Source: Candidatus Omnitrophota bacterium (GTDB lineage: Bacteria; Omnitrophota; Gorgyraeia; B26-G9). Taken from it: a DNA stretch of 35,983 nt. This document shows, one piece after another, positions 10,001-19,200 of the stretch. The stretch's first letter is position 1, and the number at the start of each line of letters is the position of its first letter. Both the position numbers and the translations under genes were made by a program. Where the stretch lies: NCBI GenBank assembly GCA_023136735.1, contig JAGLQQ010000056.1, positions 1 to 35,983 on the forward strand, read 5' to 3'. The notes below the pieces were generated by a model. That model made no database searches, had not been told where the DNA came from, and saw nothing but the letters and a program-made list of their open reading frames with translations.

Positions 10001-11148
10001 GCCCAAGTAAACTAGAGGTCCAAATGGATTGGGCTAACTCAGTCTTGAGACAAAGGTGGCAATTTGAGCTTATTGATGATGCGATACAATGGACAGTATC
10101 GTTTGATGTTAAGAAGCCTATTTTGTATAAAGAATTATTAGTAAATGTGTTTCCTCAAAAGCAATTTAACAGATGGCAAACTATAGCTGATGCTGGTCAA
10201 ATCGATTGTGAAGGATCAGCTGGCAAAGCAGTAACTATTTTCGATAATAGAAGTGAAATTCTTAAGGTGTTTCAGGAGGGGATTTCTCGGGAAAGCCCAG
10301 GTTTGGCGCTTAACCTGCTTGTGGATATGAAGAAATGGTTTTTACATATCTATAATCACGAACGAGGTGATGGAATCGCTTGCGGGGCGCACTACCTGTC
10401 GGATCCTCAAGGAGAGTGCCTTGATCAGGGCACAATTGAAATTTTTAAGGCAAAGATATCATTAGTGAGTGATAGTGGCAGCGAGCAAATTGCAGCCCCT
10501 GGCAATCATGTGGATGCTTATGATCTAGAACTCGTTAAATTGAAGGTCAAAATTGAAAAAGCAAAAATGAGATTATTCTGGGCTGATAAGGAATTGACTA
10601 AAAAACTTGGAATGTTTACCTCTTTTTCCATTAATGGAAACCTGATAGATTCAACCCTGGCTAAATGGGATGTGCAGGCGGCCGTCGATAATAAAATAAA
10701 AGTCCGATTGAACTGGAGCAGTTATTTTGTCTCTCAATTATGGGAGATCAAGCTGATAAGTGAACATGAACTTTGCTGGGATGTTCGTACTGAAATTAAT
10801 CAGGCGGGTATAGATAGACATACAGCAGCTTTAATGCTCTCAGATAATTATGAGAGCTATAAGTCAGATGATAATCAGGGAGGCTGTTTTCCTGATAGGT
10901 TTAAGCTGGATGTTTGGATGAATATGTCAAAGACTAAAGATAGCATAGAAGTTAATTCAAAGCAAAGCAGCTTTCCGGCTTTAATTTTTGATGCCGCTTT
11001 TGAAAAACATGAATTTAGTAATATGTTAGAGAATTCTGATGCTCTTCATTCATCTAGAGTTTTAAGATGCGAAATGCAGAGCCCTGAGCTGGCGGGTAAG
11101 GCAGGATTAGCTTCTAGCATAAAAATAAATATATCAATACAGGAGTAG
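7087..11148 (+). CDS. wzt: Polysaccharide ABC exporter ATP-binding protein (Wzt/TagH family) with a ~1100-aa C-terminal extension of five tandem repeat modules
   Basis: NBD within aa 1-250: Walker A GENASGKTT, signature YSQGMLVRL, Walker B IFLIDDSLAVGD, H-loop VVSHD. Residues ~255-1353 are non-NBD and internally repetitive. Confidence 0.9.
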   Translation: MSEIVVSLKNINKQYWLSFAKQSLIGNFLSMFRFGKGMAAKRHVCALEGIALNIKRGEAVGIIGENASGKTTILRIISRITVPTTGELEVNGKVAGLLDLGAGFHSELTGRENIYLDAALYGMSRKEIDGAYEKIVEFSGLGDFINAQVKTYSQGMLVRLGFAIAIHVDPDIFLIDDSLAVGDEEFQRKCLKKVFELKEQGKTIIVVSHDLDSISRICERGILLKSGRIVKDDSIHKVIMRYIEAVGDKNSIASIDKGRISVIFNSGKIILLWDGKPITKNFGGYASLQFLDKWIMSWQGKWQVVENTDYSLKVQGLFDKYGVKLELACFLQGERLMNFNLKLEVPTQTSLKKAGFGFMVSEEYNRYLNGQNIEPIQAIDKSAKEWTDIYRTDEYNAPIMLISRDSMPVLNIRFASHEWAGFSLIQNTAEELNARIMQTQISPPQAFALSGEESSIVESSCRLELMSEEDFKGLIHKRIEESTIASGRLKVQLKDNGIQIFFDETELTKSNGLSLGFYHKSRFFDLFAGLWSLTKNASETLSICSSFQEMGLKAECLLQLAEDSLRWNIDIKSEKSIEDHRLITGLYLSEKYRKYFTGVHDYEFPASGEHVEKIDLLAGETDFIGLMAGNDELPSLVFESLQPGMLELQNSGIDSPGRILMQEVVDRSTNGRIVFLETPEQKSGFLIDKKKKHAKSTGLSNDQLRLEFNENNINIYSGESKITGGEGFSSGVYFNGRWYESTQLKKQIRKEGDTLKVLIERRLPRLSELWEISLKAKKIQWITKIQSEEKLSDVHYKAGIVLNSEYGQWAHSFSEGQFDEQTRNSRVVDLDDVNNALLGARSEDCSLPAVFFKRINSITSGVIIQKEEDKCCLHFKLKNAAVINGKGREKLFSGTISLQDERCWRNDLSNHRKEEFSLQTSDGLQLFAANKQIKLQAQGIELTQAKGLAVALLCEDEDIDTNFALWTLKKNSPSKLEVQMDWANSVLRQRWQFELIDDAIQWTVSFDVKKPILYKELLVNVFPQKQFNRWQTIADAGQIDCEGSAGKAVTIFDNRSEILKVFQEGISRESPGLALNLLVDMKKWFLHIYNHERGDGIACGAHYLSDPQGECLDQGTIEIFKAKISLVSDSGSEQIAAPGNHVDAYDLELVKLKVKIEKAKMRLFWADKELTKKLGMFTSFSINGNLIDSTLAKWDVQAAVDNKIKVRLNWSSYFVSQLWEIKLISEHELCWDVRTEINQAGIDRHTAALMLSDNYESYKSDDNQGGCFPDRFKLDVWMNMSKTKDSIEVNSKQSSFPALIFDAAFEKHEFSNMLENSDALHSSRVLRCEMQSPELAGKAGLASSIKINISIQE
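7849..11145 (+). other. Five tandem protein-level copies of an unrecognised ~215-230-aa module (approximate starts at aa 255, 485, 701, 921, 1146 of Wzt)
   Basis: Recurrent anchors: GRISVIFNSGKIILLWDGKPITK; GRLKVQLKDNGIQIFFDETELTKSNGL; LRLEFNENNINIYSGESKITGGEGF..GRWYEST; LQLFAANKQIKLQAQGIELTQAKGL; KLKVKIEKAKMRLFWADKELTKKLGM. Distal anchors: YKAGIVLNSEYGQW, LELQNSGIDSPGRILMQ, SLIQNTAEELNARIMQ, MLENSDALHSSRVLR. Boundaries are approximate. Confidence 0.7.
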
Positions 11149-11151
11149 GCT

Positions 11152-12141
11152 TTGATTGAGAATATCCCGGATAATCTTAAAAAAATTAAAATTTGCGATT
11201 TAAGTGCGGCTGCAAACTGTAATTTTAAATGTAAAATGTGTTTTTTTTGGCGCCCTCAAAAAAATGATGGGCAGACTATGAGTATCTCTGATTGGAAAAA
11301 GCTAATTTTGCAATTGGAGGAGTTTTTTGGTCCTGATCTGCTTATTAATATATCAGGTCCGGGAGAGGTGCTTCTTTTAAAGGGGATCGAAGAACTGCTC
11401 TTAGCTGCCGGTCGTAAATTCAGGGTTTCCATTAATTCTAACGGTTATGTAATCGATGATACTGCAGCAAAGATAATCACTGACAATATAGAGTCGATCA
11501 GCATATCGTTGGATGGTGTTTCAGCGCGAACGCATGATTATATACGCGGAATGCCAGGCTCTTATTCTGCAGCGGTTTTAGCTATCGAGAGACTGCGCAA
11601 AAAATCTAAAACGCTTATTATTACGGTAAGTACGGTTATTCTTGATTACAATTTAGATGAAGTTATTGATCTGGTTAACTGGATTGAAAGAAGTGAAGTT
11701 AATGGCATTATCTTTCAAGCTGTTTCTTTACCTAATAATATCGCTTATGATCCTATGTGGTTTAAAAATGAATTCAAATGTCTTTGGCCTCAAGATACAG
11801 AAAAAGTGAGGACCGTAATGGATAAGCTAATAGAATATAAAAGTCAGGGCAGTAAGATCGTTAATCCTGTTAAACAGCTTGAATGTTTCAAAGAGTACTT
11901 TTTAAATCCGCAACTGCATATTAAAAAATTAAGGTGTGAGGTTGATAATGTCTTAAAAATAGGCAGTTGCGGAGACATTAAGATCTGCGACTTTTCTCAG
12001 CCTATAGGAAATGTAAAAATAAGTCCGTTAAAGGAAATACTGGCTTCTGAGCTTGCTCAGGAGGAAAGACTAAAGGCTTATGAATGTAAAAGCCCCTGTC
12101 ATCTTTTGGTGAACTGTTTTCACGATAATGGAGGCGAATAA
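11152..12141 (+). CDS. Radical SAM enzyme with SPASM/twitch-like C-terminal Cys motifs (tandem paralog 1 of 5)
   Basis: TTG start 6 nt after AGGAG. CX3CX2C in AANCNFKCKMC. Other motifs: ISGPGE, NSNGY, SISLDG..HD..RG. Auxiliary motifs: C-X11-G-X4-C (CEVDNVLKIGSCGDIKIC) and CX3CX5C (CKSPCHLLVNC). Confidence 0.85.
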   Translation: MIENIPDNLKKIKICDLSAAANCNFKCKMCFFWRPQKNDGQTMSISDWKKLILQLEEFFGPDLLINISGPGEVLLLKGIEELLLAAGRKFRVSINSNGYVIDDTAAKIITDNIESISISLDGVSARTHDYIRGMPGSYSAAVLAIERLRKKSKTLIITVSTVILDYNLDEVIDLVNWIERSEVNGIIFQAVSLPNNIAYDPMWFKNEFKCLWPQDTEKVRTVMDKLIEYKSQGSKIVNPVKQLECFKEYFLNPQLHIKKLRCEVDNVLKIGSCGDIKICDFSQPIGNVKISPLKEILASELAQEERLKAYECKSPCHLLVNCFHDNGGE

Positions 12142-13158
12142 GTGGAATATACTGAAGAACAAAAAATAAATGCAGATAAAAGTATTTGCCCGGTGCCTAC
12201 TTTTTCCTGCTTTACACTCTGCGATGATTGTATTTTGCGTTGTCGAATGTGCGAAAAATGGAAGCCGGATATACATATTAAACCGGAGAGGAAGCAATTA
12301 GGCCAAGAAGACTGGAAAAGATGCGCAGTTTCATTGAAAAAAATTGCCCCGGAGAATTTTGTTATAAATTTCGGAGGAGGAGAAGTAACAACTGTACCTT
12401 GGCTTTTTGAAATTGTATCTTTTTGCCATGATTTAGGGTTTAAGACAAATATAGCCACTAACGGTTATTTGATGGATGAGGAGAAGGCAAAAAAGATGTC
12501 GGAATCAGGCCTTGATTATGTAAATATTTCTTTAGACAGCATTGATGAGACTTTGCATGATGAACTGCGCGGGGTAAAAGGCACATACGCTAAAGTGATA
12601 AATGCGATAGATCTTATTAATAAATATGCACCTAATACGCAGATAAGCCTTTGCTCGATTATGATGGCTGATACAATAGACGGGATGGTAGAGTTGGTAA
12701 ATTGGGCACAGGATAATGAGAAAGTAGCCATGATATACCTGATGGCCATTATGCAGCCGAATAATACTATGACCGGACTACAATGGTACAAAAATGAGTT
12801 CAGCCATTTATGGCCAAAAGATTATTGTAAAGTTAAAAATACAATTGATGAACTTATTGAGCTAAAGAAAAAGGGTTTCAAGATATCAAATCCCGTAGAA
12901 CACCTTCAGGCTTACAAAACTTATTTTTCTGACCCTCAGACGTATGTTAAAAAGTCAAATTGCAACATAGACCATGCTTTACACATTAGTTCCGTAGGGG
13001 ATGTTTTTATGTGTTACAGTTTTGATAAAATAGGCGATGCAAGAGAAGACTGTGTTGAAAATCTCTGGAAATCTGATAAAGCCGAGGATATCCGTAAACA
13101 GATTAGAGCTTGTAAAGAAAACTGTCATTTTCTTTTGAATTGTAACTTCAAGGATTGA
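12142..13158 (+). CDS. Radical SAM enzyme with SPASM/twitch-like motifs (tandem paralog 2 of 5)
   Basis: GTG start 7 nt after GGAGG, abutting the upstream stop. Motifs: CILRCRMC, NFGGGE, ATNGY, ISLDS..HD..RG, CNIDHALHISSVGDVFMC, CKENCHFLLNC. Confidence 0.85.
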   Translation: MEYTEEQKINADKSICPVPTFSCFTLCDDCILRCRMCEKWKPDIHIKPERKQLGQEDWKRCAVSLKKIAPENFVINFGGGEVTTVPWLFEIVSFCHDLGFKTNIATNGYLMDEEKAKKMSESGLDYVNISLDSIDETLHDELRGVKGTYAKVINAIDLINKYAPNTQISLCSIMMADTIDGMVELVNWAQDNEKVAMIYLMAIMQPNNTMTGLQWYKNEFSHLWPKDYCKVKNTIDELIELKKKGFKISNPVEHLQAYKTYFSDPQTYVKKSNCNIDHALHISSVGDVFMCYSFDKIGDAREDCVENLWKSDKAEDIRKQIRACKENCHFLLNCNFKD

Positions 13159-13162
13159 ATTT

Positions 13163-14200
13163 ATGCGGTATGAATTAGAAAAAAACATTGAGTCGGTGCC
13201 AACGTATTGTTGTATCGCGATATTAGAAAGCTGTTTTATGCATTGTAAAATGTGCTATAAATGGCAGGAAGATGTGCTTATTCGCAAGCCGGATGAGCCG
13301 ACATTAGAGGAGTGGAAGCAGGCGATATCAGATCTTGCGCAATTGTGTAAGGAGCAAAAGCCGCAAATTAATTTTGCCGGAGGAGAGCCGCTTGCTAGAG
13401 AAGAAATTTTTGAGCTTATAGCTTATGCGCAGAACCTGGGGTTTCCGGCGCTCTTAGCAAGTAATGCTTATTTAGTTGATGAGGTAAAAGCTCAAAAAAT
13501 TGCCCAAGCACAGCTTAAGGGTATTTCCATTTCTTTAGATGGCGTAACACCTCAAACTCATGATTTGATGAGAGGAGTTTTCGGTGCACATGAAAAGGTG
13601 CTGCAGTCCATAGATTTGATTAGGCGTTATTCTCCGGGCACTAAAATCACTTTGAATTGCTGTATTTGCGCTTTGAATATACACGAACTTCCGGATCTTG
13701 TTCAGTGGGCGAATAATGATGGTCGCATTGATGGCATATTTTTCCAGGCAGTGACACAACCTTTTAGTACTCCTGAGGAAGAATATTGGTACAAAAATGA
13801 TAAATATTCCGATCTTTGGCCTCTTGATACATTAAAAACGAATGAGATACTAGAGAAAATGTATTTACTAAAGTCAAAAGGTGATTTTAAGGCTCCTTTT
13901 CAGATTTTAAATCCAGCAAGTCAATTTAGAGCCTTTAAGCACTATTTCAGTGATCCTGAGAAGTTTATCAAAAAGGGACGCTGTCATCTTGATAATAGTG
14001 CAATTAATATAACTCCTGCAGGAGAAGTCCATCTTTGTTTTTCTATGCCGGCTATAGGCAATATAAAACATCAAAGTATCCAGACAATGTGGCATTCAAA
14101 ACATGCGGAAGAAGTTAGAAGTCAGATAAAGCAATGCAAAAAAAACTGCCAGGCATTGGTTAATTGTAATTTCGATGATAAACAAGACTATATTGACTAA
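13163..14200 (+). CDS. Radical SAM enzyme with SPASM/twitch-like motifs (tandem paralog 3 of 5)
   Basis: Motifs: CFMHCKMC, NFAGGEP, ASNAY, ISLDG..HD..RG, CHLDNSAINITPAGEVHLC, CKKNCQALVNC. Confidence 0.85.
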   Translation: MRYELEKNIESVPTYCCIAILESCFMHCKMCYKWQEDVLIRKPDEPTLEEWKQAISDLAQLCKEQKPQINFAGGEPLAREEIFELIAYAQNLGFPALLASNAYLVDEVKAQKIAQAQLKGISISLDGVTPQTHDLMRGVFGAHEKVLQSIDLIRRYSPGTKITLNCCICALNIHELPDLVQWANNDGRIDGIFFQAVTQPFSTPEEEYWYKNDKYSDLWPLDTLKTNEILEKMYLLKSKGDFKAPFQILNPASQFRAFKHYFSDPEKFIKKGRCHLDNSAINITPAGEVHLCFSMPAIGNIKHQSIQTMWHSKHAEEVRSQIKQCKKNCQALVNCNFDDKQDYID

Positions 14201-14217
14201 AAAAGGAAAACTAGCTA

Positions 14218-15228
14218 ATGATAAAACCTAGGTTTGGATGTTTAGGTATTACGGATAATTGTATGTTACGCTGTAAAATGTGTCAAAAATGGAAGCCGGA
14301 TATTTTTATAAGCGAGAAAGATGTCAATAAGTTCCCTACAGTCGCACAATATCGGAAGTTTCTTTATGAACTTCGGGAGCTGGTTGACGATGATTTTGTC
14401 GTTAATTTCGGCGGCGGCGAAGCGTTATTGTACCCGGATATATTTGAAGTTATTAAAATTGCCTCAGAATGCGGATTACGCACAAATATCAACTCGAATG
14501 GGTTTTTAATCGATGAAAAGGTAGCCCGCAAATTAGGCGAGGCGGGGATGCAGAATATAAAAATATCTTTAGATAGTGTAGATCCAAAAATCCATGATTA
14601 TATGCGGGGAGTAGAAGGTGTTCACGCGCGGGTGATTCAAGCTATTAATAATTTGCATGAATTTGCTCCCGCAATGAATGTGTCATTAATAAGCGTGATC
14701 TATGAGCAAACTTACAGAGGTTTTATTCCTCTAATAGAATGGATAAACAATAATGAAAAGATCGAGCATGTTTTGATAATGGTTGCCATGCAGCCGAATA
14801 ATACTGAACCTGAAGAACATTGGTGGAGCTCTAAACACGGGTTTCTTTGGCCAAAGGACAAAGCGGCTGTTTCTGTTCTTATGGATAAGCTGATAGACTT
14901 AAAAGCTCAGGGGTATAAAATCAATAATGAAATAGTTCAATTAAAAGCGGCTAAGGAATACTTAAAGCAGCCGGATAAGTTTGTTAAAAGTACTATTTGT
15001 AATATGTATAAGGCGGTGCATGTAAGTGCTATAGGCCAGATATTCATTTGCTTTAACTACGGATTTCTCGGAGATATTCGTAAAGGCGATGATATAAGAA
15101 AAATATGGCAATCTCAGGAAGCAGAAGCTGTCCGGAGGGAAATAAAGAATTGCAAAAAAAACTGTCATTTTTTAATAAATTGTTATTTTGAAGAAGATGA
15201 ATTAACTGAGGAGTTGCAAAACCAATGA
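14218..15228 (+). CDS. Radical SAM enzyme with SPASM/twitch-like motifs (tandem paralog 4 of 5)
   Basis: Motifs: CMLRCKMC, NFGGGE, NSNGF, ISLDS..HD..RG, CNMYKAVHVSAIGQIFIC, CKKNCHFLINC. It shares a 19-nt identical run with paralog 2 (AAAAATGGAAGCCGGATAT at 14285-14303 and 12254-12272). Confidence 0.85.
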   Translation: MIKPRFGCLGITDNCMLRCKMCQKWKPDIFISEKDVNKFPTVAQYRKFLYELRELVDDDFVVNFGGGEALLYPDIFEVIKIASECGLRTNINSNGFLIDEKVARKLGEAGMQNIKISLDSVDPKIHDYMRGVEGVHARVIQAINNLHEFAPAMNVSLISVIYEQTYRGFIPLIEWINNNEKIEHVLIMVAMQPNNTEPEEHWWSSKHGFLWPKDKAAVSVLMDKLIDLKAQGYKINNEIVQLKAAKEYLKQPDKFVKSTICNMYKAVHVSAIGQIFICFNYGFLGDIRKGDDIRKIWQSQEAEAVRREIKNCKKNCHFLINCYFEEDELTEELQNQ

Positions 15229-16250
15229 ATGAAAAAGAAAAAACTACTCAGTTGAAACCGCTTAGTTACTGTGATCTAGGAGTAGGTTATAAATGCAACT
15301 ATAAGTGCTTAATGTGCAAGTTATGGCAAAATAGCCCGCTTTGTGCAGATAATGTCCTGTCTATCGAGCAGTGGAAAAACGTACTGACTCAAATAGTTGA
15401 TCTACCCAAGAAAGACGGGTGCATGATTAATTTCGCAGGTTCAGGAGAAGCTCTTTTGAGAGGGGGAATATTTGAGCTCATAAAACACGGCAGAGAAATG
15501 GGTTTAAAAATACATGTGATCACTAACGGTTTTGCTGTAAACAAAGATGTAGCGCTAAAAATGGATCAATCAGGGCTAGAATCTCTATCGTTTTCGTTAG
15601 ATAGTCTTAATTCACAAACGCACGATTACTTAAGAGGAGCCCCAGGGGCTAAAGATAGAGTACTTAAGGCAATAGAACTTATAGCTTTGCATTCTCCAAA
15701 TACAAAGATGGGTATTAATACTGTTATCAGCGGAGTAAATATCAAAGAGGTTATGGAACTTACCAAATGGGTAGAAGATCATGATAAGCTTGCTTATATA
15801 AACTTTCAGGCAATTACTCAACCCTTTTCTTTTACCGATTCCTCAAAAGAAGATTGGTTTGAAGATGAGAAAAATAAATTTCTCTGGCCGGAGGATAAAA
15901 AGGCTGTAAATCAGACAATTGATGAGTTAATAGAATTGAAACAGAAGCATAACAAGATAGCTGATAGTGCAGAGCAGCTTAATATCTTTCGTGAATATTT
16001 TCTTAATCCCCTGTTGTTTATTAAAAATGGCCGCTGTAATTTGGGTAAGGGAGATATTTTAATAATAGATCCTGCCGGGCATGTATCAATGTGCTCGATA
16101 GTTGGGATAATTGATAATGTAAAAAATGCAAAGCCAATCAGGGACATTATGATGAGTCCAGGGGCTCAAGAGCATAAAGAAAAAATAAATGAATGTAGAC
16201 TGAATTGTCATCTGGTTGTCAGTTGTTATTACCATGAGGAATCTTCGTAG
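15225..16250 (+). CDS. Radical SAM enzyme with SPASM/twitch-like motifs (tandem paralog 5 of 5)
   Basis: ATGA overlap with paralog 4. Motifs: CNYKCLMC, NFAGSGE, ITNGF, FSLDS..HD..RG, CNLGKGDILIIDPAGHVSMC, CRLNCHLVVSC. Confidence 0.85.
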   Translation: MNEKEKTTQLKPLSYCDLGVGYKCNYKCLMCKLWQNSPLCADNVLSIEQWKNVLTQIVDLPKKDGCMINFAGSGEALLRGGIFELIKHGREMGLKIHVITNGFAVNKDVALKMDQSGLESLSFSLDSLNSQTHDYLRGAPGAKDRVLKAIELIALHSPNTKMGINTVISGVNIKEVMELTKWVEDHDKLAYINFQAITQPFSFTDSSKEDWFEDEKNKFLWPEDKKAVNQTIDELIELKQKHNKIADSAEQLNIFREYFLNPLLFIKNGRCNLGKGDILIIDPAGHVSMCSIVGIIDNVKNAKPIRDIMMSPGAQEHKEKINECRLNCHLVVSCYYHEESS

Positions 16251-16271
16251 GATTTTATAGGAGATCATATT

Positions 16272-19200
16272 ATGTTTAAAAAATTGTTTTCAAAAATCAC
16301 CAAATGTGACTTTGCCAGCGGCGTGGCGAAACTAAGGGTAAAAAATAACCGATTAGAACTGGTTTATGCAAATACCAACATCAGCAGTGATATATGCATC
16401 CATACAGCAATGTTGATTGAAGGCCAATGGTTGAGCTCATCTGACGGGCTTTGGAGCAGTGAGAAGAAAAAAGATACCCTGCATATTACTATTGACTGGA
16501 AGGAAATTCCTATACGCCATCTTTGGCAGATCAGAAGGATTGAAAACGGATTTAACTGGATAGTTTATATGGATATAAAATCAGAGGTCAAAATTGAAAA
16601 AATGATTTGCGGGATTATGCTCAAAAGTGATTATGAGAAATGGATAAGCGCTGTGGAAGAAGGGAGCTTTCCTGCTTTTAGTAAATCCTGGGGTAATGTT
16701 TTTCTGCAGGATACCGAAGGTAAATTATTGGGAGTTCGCAATCAGAATGATTTTCCTGGTGTCATATTTGAAAATCTGCAGCACGGGGAGCTTTTACTAC
16801 AGAATTCTCCTGATGACTCGCAAAGCCGGGCTTTGCGGATTGAGCAGGATTTTCATAGCGAAGTATTAAAGGTTAATCGTTACAAACCTTTCAACCTGAA
16901 CCTTTATTTACTGGAAAACATGGGAGAAACTGATGATTTTATAGATAAAAAAAATAAACAGCTGCTTGAGCAAAGGCAGATTATAGAAGGCAAATTAAAG
17001 CTGGAGCTTGAGCATTCCACAATACATCTTTACTGGGATGAGTTAAAGCTGACGGCAAATCAGGGACTGCATTCGGCATTAATGGTGGGTGGGGAGTGGT
17101 TTGATTCTAGTTACGCGCAATGGAAAGTGCAAAGGATAAATGCCCAGTGCATTTATATAGATATTGACTGGCGCCCATTGCCGATAAAGCAGTCATGGCA
17201 ATTGACTATAAATAACGGAACATCATTCGACTGGAAAGTCAAAACGCAGTTAAAAGAAAAAAGAGAGGACTTGATAGGTAAAATGTCATTAGGCCTGGTT
17301 CTTAATCCTGATTATAAAGAGTGGCTGGGTGTATATGAGTCAGGCAGGTTTCCTGTGGATTTCGGTTCTTGGCAGGAAATGATCGAAGATATGCCTGAGG
17401 GGGCTATTGGTTTAAAAAATGCTGCGAAGCTTCCTGGAATAATATTCAAAAATACAGATGGATACAAACCAAAGCTTTTGGTGCAAAACGGAGATAAAGA
17501 CGCTAAAGCCCGTTTTCTGCAATCAGTTAGTGCTGATGAATTTGAATTTCACCAACAGATTAAAATAGTAGAGGATAAAAAGGACATTGAGGAATTTATC
17601 AAGGGAAAAATGGATGAAGAGATCCTGCGTAGTGGAATTTCATTAGGCAGTATGAAACTTGTTTGTAGTAAAGGTAAAGTTCGTTTATTCTGGAAAGACA
17701 AAGAAATTACTACTGATATTGGTTTGCATTCAGCTGTTTGCTCCGGAGGACGCTGGTATGATTCGGGTAAAATGAAATGGGATATCAAAAAAGTAACGGA
17801 TAAAAAGCTTAAGATATGTGTTGATTTTAATCCGTTCCCGGCAATTCAGACCTGGGAGTTAGATTTTAGTTCAAGCAATGTCTTTTCCTGGAAAATATCA
17901 ATGAAATTGTTAAAGCCTGTTGAAATAAGCGAACATAAAGCGGGAATTATCCTCAACGGTGCTTATAAAGAGTGGTTCAATTCTTTTGAGGACGGTAAAT
18001 TTCCGGAAAAATTCAGTTATTGGCACGATATAATTCGCAATAGGGACGCAGAGACATTCGGGGCCTATCCTGCAGGTGATTTGCCAGGAGTAATGCTAAG
18101 CCTTGATGAAAAGCATCTATCTTTGATCCAGAATACGGATGAGAATATAAGCGGCCGTGTTTTTCAAGGCCAGGTTGTAGAAACAGAGGAAACAAAGCTA
18201 TACGAAAAACAAGAATTTGATTGTTTTGCAGCTGTTCTAAAGTTAGTCGAAGACCGCAGCCAGATTGCGGAGTATAAAAAAGAAGCTCAGCCGCTGTCAT
18301 ATGAGAGTGAAACAATATATCTATATGCGGACAATGCCTTTTTACATAATAGAATAGCAGGGGTAGATGATTTTGAGGAAAAGATTAAAAAGATCAAAGC
18401 ATTGATCAATCAAAATAAGAAATTCAAGATTACTATTGGTGTTTCCAGATATAACTTTTTTAAGCTGGAGCAAGTGTTGAAGTTTGTTTTGAGTTTAAAG
18501 GGCAAAAACATTGATTTGCGTTCGTCGAAATTAAATATTTTGCCGCTTAGACGTTTGCGCCGGAATTCTATTGAATATTTTGAGGCGCTTAAAAAAATAG
18601 CTATGCAAGAAGGTGGAGTAAACTTTGCTTTAATTGATCGAGATTTCTTCAAGATGATAACGTCAATTTACGCACAGGCTGATTCCGGGAACGAACGTCA
18701 GCTACTGAGACTTTTGGGAGTTTTATGCGAACATGCCTTTATTGGGCCTGCGATAATAGTCATTGATCCGTATCATCGTTGTAATGCAAATTGTATCCAT
18801 TGTTGGGTGCATACTCCGGGAGTAAGCCATCCTAAAGAATACTATGACATGAAACTTGATGTGAATAAGTTTAAGGCTATTGCGGATGATCTGGGAGACT
18901 TGATGGTTGATCTGATCATTTTTCAGGGAGACGGTGAGCCATTAATGCATGATCGTTTCTTTGATATGGTCAAATATGCTCGGGATAAGGGTATTCAGGT
19001 TTCTTTTTTTACTAATGGTATCCTTTTGAATAAGGGCCATGCAGATACTTCTCTGGAAAATGGAATAAGCGAAATATTCTGCAGTTTACCGGCTGGAACT
19101 GCTAAGACATTTGCAAAGATCAATTCCAAGCAAAGTGAGAAGACCTTTGACGATATTTTGAAAAATTTAAAATATTTATGTGATAAAAAAAAGAGAAAAA

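Noticed and set aside
11152-16271. The idea that the five SPASM-like rSAM genes form a RiPP maturation cluster.
   Set aside because: Gaps between the genes are 0-21 nt and contain no candidate precursor-peptide ORF. No protease, transporter or RRE-type genes are present. The surrounding context is entirely glycan biosynthesis.
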